64,000 bases of DNA from Alistipes sp. (GTDB lineage Bacteria > Bacteroidota > Bacteroidia > Bacteroidales > Rikenellaceae). Both the position numbers and the translations under genes were made by a program. The stretch is taken from contig JAGATC010000017.1 of NCBI GenBank assembly GCA_017621455.1, positions 113,172 to 177,171 of the forward strand, read 5' to 3'. Positions within the stretch are counted from its first letter, which is position 1, and each line of letters opens with the position of its first letter. A model generated the notes under the pieces. That model was not told the DNA's origin and made no database searches. It was given only the letters and a program-made list of their open reading frames with translations. Positions 21,782 to 32,163 of the stretch are shown in pieces.

Positions 21782-24457
21782 TTGAGACGTTTTTACGTAA
21801 AATATCTCCCATCGGTGCTACTTGCCATGGTATTTCTGAGCTTCTGCTTTGGCCTTACTGCCGCAAGCAGAAGCACTTTCAGCATGCTATGGTCGAGTGA
21901 CTCCACAGCTATGTCATCCCCCCTTAGGGACACAACTGACGACAAAAGAGAGAGTCCCCAAGGTGAGCGCAAGCCCAGCGGAGGCGTCCGCTTTACGGAT
22001 ATTGTCGAGGGTAAGGCTGTGGACTCTGTCGTGTTCGATGCCCGCAACAAGCTCATTCATAGCTACAAGAGCGGCGATGTGACATACCAGGGCATGAATC
22101 TCAAGGCCGACTATATGCGTGTGGATATGCAGACAAAGGACATCTTTGCGCATGGCTACACCGACACCGTCAACCTCAAGGAGGATGGCACGCCCACAAC
22201 CACACAGCCCGAGTTCTCGGATGGTGGCACACCCTACTCTATGGATACCATCACCTACAACCTCGACTCGCGCAAGGCTAAGATTAAGGGTATCGCCACA
22301 CAGCAGGGCGACGGCTGGCTTATCGGTAGTAGCGTAAAGATGCACCCCGACGAGACCATACATATCGGTCACGGTATGTACACCACGTGTGACTGTGTCG
22401 ACCACCCCCACTTCTACCTTGCCATGACCCAGGCAAAGGTTATCCCTGGCAAGAAGGTGGTTACGGGCTACGCCTACCTCGTCATGGAGGATGTCCCCAT
22501 CTACTTCCCTGGTATTCCCGAGGGCTTCTTCCCCGTGCAGACAGGCCCTAAGTCGGGTCTTTTGATGCCCACCTATGGTGAGGATGCCAAGGGTTTCTTT
22601 ATACGTGATTTGGGCTACTACTTCACCTTTGGTGAGCACATGGACCTCGCCATACGTGGTGGTATCTACACACTCGGCTCGTGGGAGGTATCTGCCGTAT
22701 CGCAGTATGTTAAGCGCTACAAATTTAAGGGTAACTTCAACCTTATGTACTCGGCGATACGCACGGGCGAGAAGGGACAACCCGACTTTGTACAGCAGAA
22801 CAACTATAAAATCCAGTGGACACACTCACAGGATGCTAAGGCAAACCCTGGTTCTACATTCTCCGCCTCGGTGAACCTCACGTCAAGTGGTTATAGCCGC
22901 TACTCGGCGACTAACGTGAGCGACATCCTTGCTACGCAGACCAACTCATCTATCTCATATTCAAGAAACTGGGAGGGCACACCCTTCTCACTCGCTTTGA
23001 ACATGTCGGTGTCGCAGAACTCGCGCGATAAGACCATCGCCGTGACGCTGCCTACCATCACCTTCAACGTGGCGAGCTTCAACCCCTTCAAGCGTAAGGA
23101 GGCTGTGGGTAAGACTCGCTGGTATGAGAAGATTAAGATGAGCTACTCGATGAAGATGACCAACTCGGTGAATACTAAGGAGAACGAGATATTCACGCGT
23201 GAGACCCTCAACAAGATGAAGAACGGTATACAGCACACCATCCCCGTCTCTACATCGTTGTCGTTGTTCAACTACATCAACATCAGCCCCTCGTTCAACT
23301 ATACCGAGCGTTGGTACTTCAAGAAGGTGCGTCAAGAGTGGAACGAGGAGGCCCACAAGGTGGAGACCCTCGACCCGGAGTATGGCTTCTGGCGTATATA
23401 CAACTACAACGCCTCGGTGTCGGCAAATACCACCATCTACGGTACCTACACCGCAAAGAAGAAACAACGCAAGCTGCAGGCCGTGCGTCATACGCTTACG
23501 CCCAACATCGGCTTAAGCTATGCCCCCGACTTCAGCCGCCAGATGTATGGCTTCTACGAGACGGTGCAGACCGATACCACGGGTCGCTTCAAGGTCTATT
23601 CTCCATTTACCGACAACGCCTATGGCGTGCCAGGTAGTGGTCAGCAGTTTAGCATCAACTTCGGCCTGTCACAGTCGTTGGAGGCTAAGGTTCGCACCAA
23701 GGATACGGTCAAGAAGGTCAAGATTATCGACCAGCTCTCAATCACGGGCTCTTATAACTTCCTCGCCGACTCTATGCGTCTGTCGTCGCTCCCCATCCAG
23801 TTGCGTACGACGGTCTACCAGAATATCGCACTCAACCTATCGCTCACTCTCGACCCCTACGAGGTGTCGCCCCAGGGTGTGCGCTACAATAAGCTTATGT
23901 GGCGCCGCGGTCTGCCTGGCCGTATACAGTCGGCAAGCTGGAGCTTCGGTTATACGTTTAAGTCGCGCGAGGATAAGTCGAAGGTTGCGGGCAACGACAT
24001 CACGTCGCTCCCTGCCGAGTACTTCAACTCGTGGTCTGACCCCTATGGCCAGCTTAATCCCGCTATGCGACGACAATGGATGGCGGGCCAATACTATGAC
24101 TTCTCCATACCGTGGAACTTCGGGTTCAACTATAGCTTTAGCTATAATGCCCGCTATGTGAATAACGGAACCACGGGATATACGAAGAACATACAGCAGA
24201 CCATCAACTTCAATGCCAGCGTCAAGCTCACGCCCAAGACGATGATTACGGCGACGTCGGGTTACGACTTCACCTCCCGCAAGATGTCGATGACCTCTAT
24301 ATCTATTACGCGCGACCTGCACTGCTGGCAGATGTCGTTCACGTGGATACCCTTCGGTAACCACCGTAGCTGGGCCTTTAATATCGGCGTTAAGGCGGCA
24401 TCGTTGGCCGACTTGAAGTACGATAAGAGCTACTCACAGTACGACTATATGTATTAG
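21782..24457 (+). CDS. lptD: Putative LPS-assembly protein LptD (Bacteroidota type)
   Basis: YTTCD..HPHF, large beta-barrel, RDLHCW near the C-terminus; divergent from amidase-mlaD. Confidence 0.85.
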   Translation: MRRFYVKYLPSVLLAMVFLSFCFGLTAASRSTFSMLWSSDSTAMSSPLRDTTDDKRESPQGERKPSGGVRFTDIVEGKAVDSVVFDARNKLIHSYKSGDVTYQGMNLKADYMRVDMQTKDIFAHGYTDTVNLKEDGTPTTTQPEFSDGGTPYSMDTITYNLDSRKAKIKGIATQQGDGWLIGSSVKMHPDETIHIGHGMYTTCDCVDHPHFYLAMTQAKVIPGKKVVTGYAYLVMEDVPIYFPGIPEGFFPVQTGPKSGLLMPTYGEDAKGFFIRDLGYYFTFGEHMDLAIRGGIYTLGSWEVSAVSQYVKRYKFKGNFNLMYSAIRTGEKGQPDFVQQNNYKIQWTHSQDAKANPGSTFSASVNLTSSGYSRYSATNVSDILATQTNSSISYSRNWEGTPFSLALNMSVSQNSRDKTIAVTLPTITFNVASFNPFKRKEAVGKTRWYEKIKMSYSMKMTNSVNTKENEIFTRETLNKMKNGIQHTIPVSTSLSLFNYINISPSFNYTERWYFKKVRQEWNEEAHKVETLDPEYGFWRIYNYNASVSANTTIYGTYTAKKKQRKLQAVRHTLTPNIGLSYAPDFSRQMYGFYETVQTDTTGRFKVYSPFTDNAYGVPGSGQQFSINFGLSQSLEAKVRTKDTVKKVKIIDQLSITGSYNFLADSMRLSSLPIQLRTTVYQNIALNLSLTLDPYEVSPQGVRYNKLMWRRGLPGRIQSASWSFGYTFKSREDKSKVAGNDITSLPAEYFNSWSDPYGQLNPAMRRQWMAGQYYDFSIPWNFGFNYSFSYNARYVNNGTTGYTKNIQQTINFNASVKLTPKTMITATSGYDFTSRKMSMTSISITRDLHCWQMSFTWIPFGNHRSWAFNIGVKAASLADLKYDKSYSQYDYMY

Positions 24458-24572
24458 TGATGAGCCGCCTTTCGAGAGGTGGAGGAGATAGAAAGTTTGT
24501 TAGGGAGAGTAAATAGTTTAGGGAGTTTAGGGGAATTTACCTTAAGCTCCCTAAATTATCTAAAGCCCTCTT

Positions 24573-24707
24573 TAATCTTTGAAGTCAGAAGGGGCATAAT
24601 TTGGCGCTGATAAAGAGAAAGAGCGGATGGGACATACTTGGCTGGCGTATTTCCCATTCGCTCTTTGGATTGAGGCGTCGAAGGATGCCCCTTATCACTT
24701 CAAATTA
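24573..24707. mobile_element. MITE-like element, family A copy 3
   Basis: TTTGAAGTCAGAAGGGG ... CCCCTTATCACTTCAAATTA; internal GAGCGGATGGGA/TCCCATTCGCTC; overlaps the TAA of the last Ehr gene. Confidence 0.7.
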
Positions 24708-25454
24708 CTTGCGGAGTTTGGTTATACCATCAATAAAACACAATGGATGCGTGGGGGCGCCAGGCAACCATAGGTCGACATGATATTTATCGAGGAAGGT
24801 GCGGTCGATGGCGGGGCTATCAGCGTAGAGACCACCAGATATAGCCTCTGAGCCACATACGACCAGGATTTTAGGCTCAGCTATAGAGTTGTAGCAGATG
24901 TCGAGAGCCTCAGCCATATTGGCTGATATGGGACCCGTGAGCACAAGGCCATCGGCGTGGCGGGGAGAGGCGGTGAAGCCTACGCCATAGCGGCCAAAGT
25001 CGAAGTTGACGTTGCCTGTGGCATTTAGCTCCATCTCTACCGAGGCATCACCACCGGCAGATACCTCGCGCAGTTGGAGTGTCTGACCGAAATACTTGGC
25101 TATCTCGGGGCGCACAGCATCCTTCGTAAAGCATGGCTTTGTTTGACCTGCCATAACTACAAGGTCCTCACGACGTGTTGCAGCGAGGCGGTGCTCGTTC
25201 GTAAAGCGTATGTTCTTAGGGGCACAGCGCTGACACTCACCACAAAAGAGACACTTACCCATGTCAAGAGTTAGTGGCGAGGTGGTGATAGCCTTTGTAG
25301 GGCATATCGCCGCAGCACGCTCAATGTCGCTCTTATCGTCGGTGACGGTGAGCAGCGGGAAGCCACGAAACTCCTCAGTGAGGGTCACATTGTCGAGGTT
25401 GGGAATATACTGCCAGCCATGGCTGTGCAGAATCTTAAATTTTCCGAATATCAT
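24705..25454 (-). CDS. Ehr/Hyf-like ferredoxin + small-subunit fusion (HyfH/HyfI-like)
   Basis: CLFCGEC ferredoxin motif fused to a NuoB-like domain (FTASPRHADGLVLTGPIS). Confidence 0.85.
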   Translation of the reverse strand: MIFGKFKILHSHGWQYIPNLDNVTLTEEFRGFPLLTVTDDKSDIERAAAICPTKAITTSPLTLDMGKCLFCGECQRCAPKNIRFTNEHRLAATRREDLVVMAGQTKPCFTKDAVRPEIAKYFGQTLQLREVSAGGDASVEMELNATGNVNFDFGRYGVGFTASPRHADGLVLTGPISANMAEALDICYNSIAEPKILVVCGSEAISGGLYADSPAIDRTFLDKYHVDLWLPGAPTHPLCFIDGITKLRK

Positions 25455-25486
25455 AACTACTAAATATTCAAATGGTTATGCCGCGA

Positions 25487-27001
25487 CTATAGGTCGTGAC
25501 CGCAATACGACAGGTTGAAACTCTTGTTGTTGATGGGGAAGTCGGAGATACCCTCCGAGCGCACAGCGATGGCAAGGCCGAGCCAGTTATGCACACTGGG
25601 GTCCTTTACCTTATACTTGGCGATGGCTCCCTCCTTGTCGGTGAGTGCCACGTGGCATATCTCGCCACGCCAACCCTCTACAAGCGAGAACGATAGCGCC
25701 TCGGGCATAAGAGAAGCATCGTAGTCGGGGGCCTCGATGGTTGTAGATGGCTTATAGTTGGCAAGCACCTGGTGGATGTAGTCGATACTCTGCAGCACCT
25801 CGTCCATGCGCGTAGCGAGGCGCGACATTACATCGCCGTCGGTGCGCAGTATGGGCTCGTGGCTGAACTCCTCGGCATAGAAACCCGATGGGTGCGTAGC
25901 ACGCAGGTCACGCTTTAGTCCACTGGCACGTGCTACCTGACCCACGCCACCTATGCGCTGCATCTCATCCTTCGACACTAAGCCGCACTGCTCGAAACGC
26001 GCCAAAAGCGTCTGTGCCTCAAGTATATCCTCGCGCACCTCGTTATAGCGGCGGCGCACATCTGCCATATTTGTACGGATGGTCTCAATCTTAGCCTCAG
26101 TAAGTGGGAAGTTAGAGCCGAGAGGACGTATGAGGCTCTTACCGAAGCGGTTACCGCACCACGCCTGCGTGGTGTTGATGGTGACGGTACGCAGTGCCTC
26201 GCACGCCACCTGGTAGAGCTGGAAGCCAATATCGGTAGCGAGGGCACCCGTGTCGGCTAGGTGCATGGCGATGCGCTCGAGCTCGATGGCCACAAGGCGC
26301 TCACGCTTCAAGTCGTCGCCGATATCCTTGCCCGCGAGCTTCTCAACGAGCTCGGCGTATGCTGTGGTGTGACCTACAGCCGTATCGCCAGCAATGGACT
26401 CGGCGATAAGTGTCTGGCGCAGGCGGTTACCGTTGCGTATCATCTCGCTCTCGACGCCGCGATGCTGATAGCCTAAGGCTATTTCGAGGTGGAGCACCTG
26501 CTCACCGTCGCAGATAAAGCGGAAGGCTCCGGGTTCGATAATACCCGCATGGATAGGACCCACGTTCACCTCGTGAAGCTCCTCACCCTCGATGACATAG
26601 AATGGGTAGCTATCCATCGTCGATGTCTTGTCGCGTCTGTCGTGCGAGAAACGCAGAGGCTTAAGCCATGGGTGGTTATCGAAGGGTACGCCATAAAGCT
26701 CGAATATCTCACGCTCGAAGGGGTGGAACTGCTGGTGCACAGCCGTAAGCGACGCCAAGCCCTCGGCGTAGTAGTCGGGGACAAACGAGGTGATAAGCAC
26801 CTCACCCGTCTGGTCGTCGAGCAGTATCATGTAGAACCTCAAACCGTTCTCCACCTCCGTAGCAAAGTAGTGACCTACGTGGTAACGAGGGTCGTTCATG
26901 CGCTCCTTAAGGTCGTTATATAGCGCCACATAGTCGACAACAGGAATGTCGGCAATGGCTACAGCCGAGGCTGTATTGTTCGTAACATAAAACATCTCCA
27001 T
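25487..27001 (-). CDS. Ehr large subunit (HyfG/NuoCD-like, no NiFe ligands)
   Basis: VGPIHAGIIEPGAFRF, YQHRGVE, VEGWRGE, YKVKDPS, DFPINNKSFNLSYCGHDL. Confidence 0.88.
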   Translation of the reverse strand: MEMFYVTNNTASAVAIADIPVVDYVALYNDLKERMNDPRYHVGHYFATEVENGLRFYMILLDDQTGEVLITSFVPDYYAEGLASLTAVHQQFHPFEREIFELYGVPFDNHPWLKPLRFSHDRRDKTSTMDSYPFYVIEGEELHEVNVGPIHAGIIEPGAFRFICDGEQVLHLEIALGYQHRGVESEMIRNGNRLRQTLIAESIAGDTAVGHTTAYAELVEKLAGKDIGDDLKRERLVAIELERIAMHLADTGALATDIGFQLYQVACEALRTVTINTTQAWCGNRFGKSLIRPLGSNFPLTEAKIETIRTNMADVRRRYNEVREDILEAQTLLARFEQCGLVSKDEMQRIGGVGQVARASGLKRDLRATHPSGFYAEEFSHEPILRTDGDVMSRLATRMDEVLQSIDYIHQVLANYKPSTTIEAPDYDASLMPEALSFSLVEGWRGEICHVALTDKEGAIAKYKVKDPSVHNWLGLAIAVRSEGISDFPINNKSFNLSYCGHDL

Positions 27002-27003
27002 AG

Positions 27004-28575
27004 CTATTCGAGATTTTCTGCGTTAACATCTTCATTCTCTGTTGGCTCTTCCACTACGGGAACTGCGGAAGTATTGGGCGCCGTATGCTCTACAGCGGGC
27101 TGCTGCTTCTCGGCGAATACGACAATATTCTGCTCAACGACCTCCGTCTTAGCCTTAACAATGGGCGTATCGGTGATAATCGTGTCGATCATATCCGTAA
27201 GGAACTTAGGCTGCCAGAGACCCAGCACAACGGCCACAACCAGAGGAATTGATGCAATATACGAGAGGCGGCGATTTACGGCCGTGAGGTGAAGCTCATC
27301 CTGGTTGGAGTGGTAGCTGAGGCGCAACGAGCGCGACCATATAGAGTAGAGCACAACGCACATAAGCACCAACATAAGGATAAGTAGCCACCACTTACCC
27401 ACCGTGACAATCTCCGAGAAGATCATAATCTCCGAGACGAAGAGTGGCGAGGGTGGGAATGCCAAGAGCACAAGCGTGCCGACAATAAAGCCGATAGCAC
27501 CCACGCGGTTGATGTTCATATAGTTACCAATACGGTTGATGCTATAGCTGTCGTAGACATGTCGCATGATGCCAACGTGGAAGAACATCGAGCTCTTAAC
27601 AAACGTGTGGCACACGACATGGAACACCGCAGCCCAGAGCGCAACGCCACCGATGCCGAGGCCTATGGCCACGATACCCATATTCTCCACGGTAGAGTAC
27701 GACAGGAATCGTTTGTAGTTGTTCGCACGGCGCAGGAACATAGCACCCACAGCCAACGACAGCACACCGATGAGTATCAAGAGGTGGCGCGCCCATACAA
27801 ACACCTCACCCGCCGAGGCGTAGAGGTTGTATATACGCATTATCGACAAGAAGCCCGCGTTGACAAGTGCCGTAGAGATGAATGCCGAGGCGGGGGCAGG
27901 GGCTGCGTAGTTAGCATCGACACCCACGGTATACAAGGGGAAGATCTCCATCTTACAGCTGTAACCCACAACCATAAGCAGGAAGGCGACCTTCAAATAG
28001 AGGGGGTTACCCTCAACGATAGCCTCCTTGAGCGAGGCGTAGTCCAGTGCGCCCTCCGTAGCCACGGTAGAGAGCAGCAATATGCCGAGGTATGCCATAG
28101 CGATACCCGTAGAGCAGACGAAGACATACTTCCATGTAGCCTCCAACGACTGCTTGAACTCGCGGTGGTAGATGATACCCGCCGAGCAGATGGTCGTAAG
28201 CTCGAGGAACACCCATGTCATGGCGATATTGTCGGAGTAATATACGCACGTGATGGCCACAGCGAGGAGCATGAGTAGCGTGTAGTATGCCTTATAGGAG
28301 CGTGTAGATATGCCCTCGGCCTTGAGGTATGACGACGAGTGCAGAAGCGAGAAGCCCAACACCGCGGTCATAAGTGCATGGAACAGGAGCGCCATGCTGT
28401 CGGCACGGAAGATAGATAGTAGCACTGTGTCTACCCTATCGAAGTAGAAGACGAGAGCTATGCCCACCACCTGAACGAGGAAGAAGAGCGCCGCAATGAT
28501 GTTGGTCAAGCGCTCGGTGCGCACCACGAGGGGCAGGACTGCCAGAATTACCGAAATTATTAAATATGTAAGCAT
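27004..28575 (-). CDS. Ehr/HyfF-like antiporter-type membrane subunit
   Basis: WVFLELTT, ATWKY, AAPAPASA, KRFLSYSTVENMG. Confidence 0.85.
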   Translation of the reverse strand: MLTYLIISVILAVLPLVVRTERLTNIIAALFFLVQVVGIALVFYFDRVDTVLLSIFRADSMALLFHALMTAVLGFSLLHSSSYLKAEGISTRSYKAYYTLLMLLAVAITCVYYSDNIAMTWVFLELTTICSAGIIYHREFKQSLEATWKYVFVCSTGIAMAYLGILLLSTVATEGALDYASLKEAIVEGNPLYLKVAFLLMVVGYSCKMEIFPLYTVGVDANYAAPAPASAFISTALVNAGFLSIMRIYNLYASAGEVFVWARHLLILIGVLSLAVGAMFLRRANNYKRFLSYSTVENMGIVAIGLGIGGVALWAAVFHVVCHTFVKSSMFFHVGIMRHVYDSYSINRIGNYMNINRVGAIGFIVGTLVLLAFPPSPLFVSEIMIFSEIVTVGKWWLLILMLVLMCVVLYSIWSRSLRLSYHSNQDELHLTAVNRRLSYIASIPLVVAVVLGLWQPKFLTDMIDTIITDTPIVKAKTEVVEQNIVVFAEKQQPAVEHTAPNTSAVPVVEEPTENEDVNAENLE

Positions 28576-28579
28576 GGCG

Positions 28580-29206
28580 TTAGTCTTTAATAGAGGTTAA
28601 TGCTTCGCTCTCATCCGTGTTCATATCGTTATCCATACGGCGCAAGAACATGCCGAGCACAAGGATTGAGATAAGAATATCGAGCATAATTGCAAGGTTG
28701 ATAAGCATAGGTAGCTCCACACCTATCGCCATTGAGAACAGAAAGACACCATTTTCAATAACGAGGAAGCCGACAAGGTGGGCAAAGACACGCTTACGCA
28801 TAACGATAAGGATAAGTCCCGAGAGCAAGGCGTAGAGTGCCACACCAAACGATATGATGTCGGTGCTGTCGTCATGCATATAGTAGGTGATGGTACAGCT
28901 CGCCACAAGTGCCACGACAGACATCACCAACGAGCCGAACTGAGAGGACGAGCTGGTGATGCGGTTAATCTTCGTCTTGCGGATAACGTGTATAAGGATG
29001 ATGGGGATGATTATCGCCTTGAAGACAAGCGTTTCGACGATGATAAAGCCCATCTCCACTGGGTGGAACTCGTGCATACGAGCTATGGCCAAGCCGAAGA
29101 GAAGAAGTCCCTGCAGGGCAAGTATCATCGTATGCGTACGGAAACGGTCAGCCATCGACAGATAGATGAGCGTCAAAACGTATAATATAATGAGTGACAG
29201 TATCAT
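28580..29206 (-). CDS. Ehr/HyfE-like membrane subunit
   Basis: Highly hydrophobic; GFLVIENG motif. Confidence 0.83.
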   Translation of the reverse strand: MILSLIILYVLTLIYLSMADRFRTHTMILALQGLLLFGLAIARMHEFHPVEMGFIIVETLVFKAIIIPIILIHVIRKTKINRITSSSSQFGSLVMSVVALVASCTITYYMHDDSTDIISFGVALYALLSGLILIVMRKRVFAHLVGFLVIENGVFLFSMAIGVELPMLINLAIMLDILISILVLGMFLRRMDNDMNTDESEALTSIKD

Positions 29207-29212
29207 AATTGC

Positions 29213-30139
29213 TTAAATCTGAATATCTTGCATAAGTAGGAAGCCTACAAGGAGCACCAACGCCGAGAGCGCCGAGAGGGTGAGTATGTAGGTGATGTTT
29301 CGCGAGAGCTTATTGCGCGCACGTAACGACTCGACAACACCCACCGAGATACCTGCGCCAAGTATTGCCAAGGGCGCGGCAAAGCCCCAGTGGAAGCAGA
29401 ATACCGCCGAGACAGCATTCGCAGCGATGATGGCAAAGATGGCATTCTTAAGCCAGCCAGCCATCTGTATCATAGCCAGGTCGATACCCGAGTAGTCGAG
29501 GCACATAACCTCGTGAATCATCGTAAGCTCAAGGTGGGTCTTGGGGTCATCAACGGGCACGCGGCCACCCTCGATAAACATAATGATGACGAAGATGTAT
29601 GCCACCAAGAGAAGCACTATTGTGAGGTTAACGTCGAGCACCTGGCCCTCCGAGAATATCTCGGCAAATGAAGAGTCGCCACAGAATAGCGCCAACGTAG
29701 CAAGGCCAATCATCAGCGCAGGCTCAACAAGAGCTCCATAGAGCGCCTCACGCGCAGCACCCATACCCTCGAACGAGCTACCCGTATCCATCGCTGCGAG
29801 AATAAGCGCCAAGCGCGAGAATGCTAACAGGTAGGCCACCAAGATTATATCGCCGTGGAACGACAACAGCGGCTCGAGGTTGGCAATGGGAATAAATAGG
29901 AACGCCATGAGCGCAGCGCCCAGATATACGCAGGGGGCGATGCGGAACAGCGCCGTAGTAGTTGTTGAGTATACCGAGCCCTTACGCAAGAGTAGGCGCA
30001 CGTTATAGATATGTTGCAAGAAGCGAGTACCACGACGACCAGCCAGCAGAGCACGTGTTCGGTTGATAACACCCGTAATAGAGAGCGCTACGACAACCAT
30101 CAGCAGTGTATTGAGTAGTTTTATCAGCATAGCAATCAA
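29213..30139 (-). CDS. Ehr/HyfC (NuoH-like) membrane subunit
   Basis: GSSFEGMGAARE, GRVPVDDPKTHLELTMIHE. Confidence 0.87.
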   Translation of the reverse strand: MIAMLIKLLNTLLMVVVALSITGVINRTRALLAGRRGTRFLQHIYNVRLLLRKGSVYSTTTTALFRIAPCVYLGAALMAFLFIPIANLEPLLSFHGDIILVAYLLAFSRLALILAAMDTGSSFEGMGAAREALYGALVEPALMIGLATLALFCGDSSFAEIFSEGQVLDVNLTIVLLLVAYIFVIIMFIEGGRVPVDDPKTHLELTMIHEVMCLDYSGIDLAMIQMAGWLKNAIFAIIAANAVSAVFCFHWGFAAPLAILGAGISVGVVESLRARNKLSRNITYILTLSALSALVLLVGFLLMQDIQI

Positions 30140-30149
30140 TATTTTAGGG

Positions 30150-32132
30150 TTACAATACTCCGAAGAGGGTTAGGACTAATACAACAACAAGGAACACCAG
30201 AGCGAAGGTAATGTAGTTGTTTACCCTACCCGTTCTTAGGCGCATGACATACTCGTTGATGCGGTGCATCATCTGCACCCACCAACGACCAAGCAACGAG
30301 TCAACCTTATCGCTATGCTTGATGCGGTAGCGGTGTGGCGCAGGGAAAATCTCGCCCTTATCCACAGCACGACCATCCACCGTATCCTTCATTAGCGGGC
30401 GACCAATGCTCTCCAGACCCTCCGAGAACGACTCGCCGGTATACTGCATGCGGGTGTTTAGCGCCGTGAAGCCACAGCCCCACGTAGGACCTTCGGTCAC
30501 AACACGCTTGCGCTGTGCTCTACGCTTCAATACATAGAGCAACGCAACCACCGCAACGAAGGCGATTCCTATGTAGCTGAGCGTCTCGAGTGACGAGCCG
30601 AAGTGTATCGACGCCAACGTGGGATCAGTGCCTGTAACGGCCTCAGCAACAAGCGCTATAGGGTGAATAACAAACTGTGGCATTAGGCCAATCATAAGGA
30701 TAAAGGCTGCGGGGATTGCCATAGCCACTATACGCTGATTATCCACTTCGGTGCACTCAGCGACATGGTGTGAGCGAGGCGAACCGAGGAATACCACGCC
30801 ATATAGTTTCGTGAAGGCAAGCACCACAAAACCACCAATAAGCGAGAGTGCGATGATACCCGTAACCGAGTACAACACCTCGTGACCGCTACCCACGCCA
30901 TTAAACATGCCTATATAAATAAGGAGCTCCGACACAAAGCCATTGAGCGGAGGCAAGGCACAGATAGCCACCGTGGCAAAGAGCATCATAATAGCCGTAA
31001 TGGGCATATGTTTGGCAAGACCACCCATCTCGTTCATCGCCGTGGTGTGCATCTTCGAGTAGATGTTACCTGCACTGAAGAAGAGCATCGTCTTAAAGAG
31101 CGAGTGGTTTACCATGTGCAGTAGAGCGCCACACATGCCACACATACCCACAATAGGGCTACCCGCAGCGTGACCCACGGCAGCGATACCAAGACCGATG
31201 AGTATCACACCCACGTTCTCGATACTTGAGTATGCCAACATACGCTTAATGTCGTTCTGCATGGCGGCAAGTATTACACCCCAAAGGCCTGTAACAGCAC
31301 CCGAAATAAGGATGATAAGACCCACCGAATATAGCAGCGAGCCATCCTCAACAGCCTGCATTAGGCGGATGATGCCGTAGACACCCGTTTTAATCATCAC
31401 GCCCGACATAATCGCCGACACGTGTGATGGTGCTGCGGGGTGAGCCTCAGGCAGCCATATATGCATTGGGAAGAGGCCAGCCTTCATACCGAAGCCGATA
31501 AAGAGGATAACAAAGAGTGGTAGTGGCGCCTCAAGGTGAAAATAGTCCTGGATGGCTTCGAAGTTTGCCGAGCCTGTAACATTGTAAAGAAGCACGAAAC
31601 CTGCCACCAAGAATATAAAACCTATATGCATCATTACCAGGTAGTTGAGCGCAGCACGGCGCACATCCTGACGCTCCGCCTCAAACAGAATGAGTATGAA
31701 CGATGCGATGGTCATCAGCTCCCACGAGAAGAGGAACGAGAAACCACCACTCGACATAACCACCAGCATCATCGACACCACCAACGTAACCAACGCCGTA
31801 TAGTGGATGGAGATGTGTGCCGAGGAGAAACGCTCAAGGTAACCCGCGACATAACCGCGCGAGTATAGCACCGTAGCCACCGATGCCACCGAAATGATAA
31901 CGAGCATAAGCGCCGTGAGCTTATCTATGGCGAAGCTCTCCGCACCGAAGAGCGTCGTCGTAAACTCCACTGCATCGAGCTTCATGTCGCAGAATGCCAT
32001 GACTGCCACAGCAATGGCCGCCACAGCAACAAGCGATACCACGCCCGTTGCCACCCACACCTTGAGCCTCTTCGGAACAAGGAAGATGAGGAAGATGACG
32101 AGCATCGCCGCAAGTAGTGAATACAAATACAT
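30150..32132 (-). CDS. Ehr/HyfB (NuoL-like) antiporter subunit
   Basis: WELMT, KAGLFPMHIWLPEAHPAAPSHVSA, KRMLAYSSIENVG, WGCGF. Confidence 0.88.
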   Translation of the reverse strand: MYLYSLLAAMLVIFLIFLVPKRLKVWVATGVVSLVAVAAIAVAVMAFCDMKLDAVEFTTTLFGAESFAIDKLTALMLVIISVASVATVLYSRGYVAGYLERFSSAHISIHYTALVTLVVSMMLVVMSSGGFSFLFSWELMTIASFILILFEAERQDVRRAALNYLVMMHIGFIFLVAGFVLLYNVTGSANFEAIQDYFHLEAPLPLFVILFIGFGMKAGLFPMHIWLPEAHPAAPSHVSAIMSGVMIKTGVYGIIRLMQAVEDGSLLYSVGLIILISGAVTGLWGVILAAMQNDIKRMLAYSSIENVGVILIGLGIAAVGHAAGSPIVGMCGMCGALLHMVNHSLFKTMLFFSAGNIYSKMHTTAMNEMGGLAKHMPITAIMMLFATVAICALPPLNGFVSELLIYIGMFNGVGSGHEVLYSVTGIIALSLIGGFVVLAFTKLYGVVFLGSPRSHHVAECTEVDNQRIVAMAIPAAFILMIGLMPQFVIHPIALVAEAVTGTDPTLASIHFGSSLETLSYIGIAFVAVVALLYVLKRRAQRKRVVTEGPTWGCGFTALNTRMQYTGESFSEGLESIGRPLMKDTVDGRAVDKGEIFPAPHRYRIKHSDKVDSLLGRWWVQMMHRINEYVMRLRTGRVNNYITFALVFLVVVLVLTLFGVL

Positions 32133-32163
32133 ATAACTTATTTAGTTTATCTAACGAGCTGGG

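Noticed and set aside
24705-32132. Calling this operon a functional NiFe hydrogenase-4 or NADH dehydrogenase I
   Set aside because: NiFe cysteine motifs are absent, there are no maturation genes, and there is no NuoEFG module in the operon.
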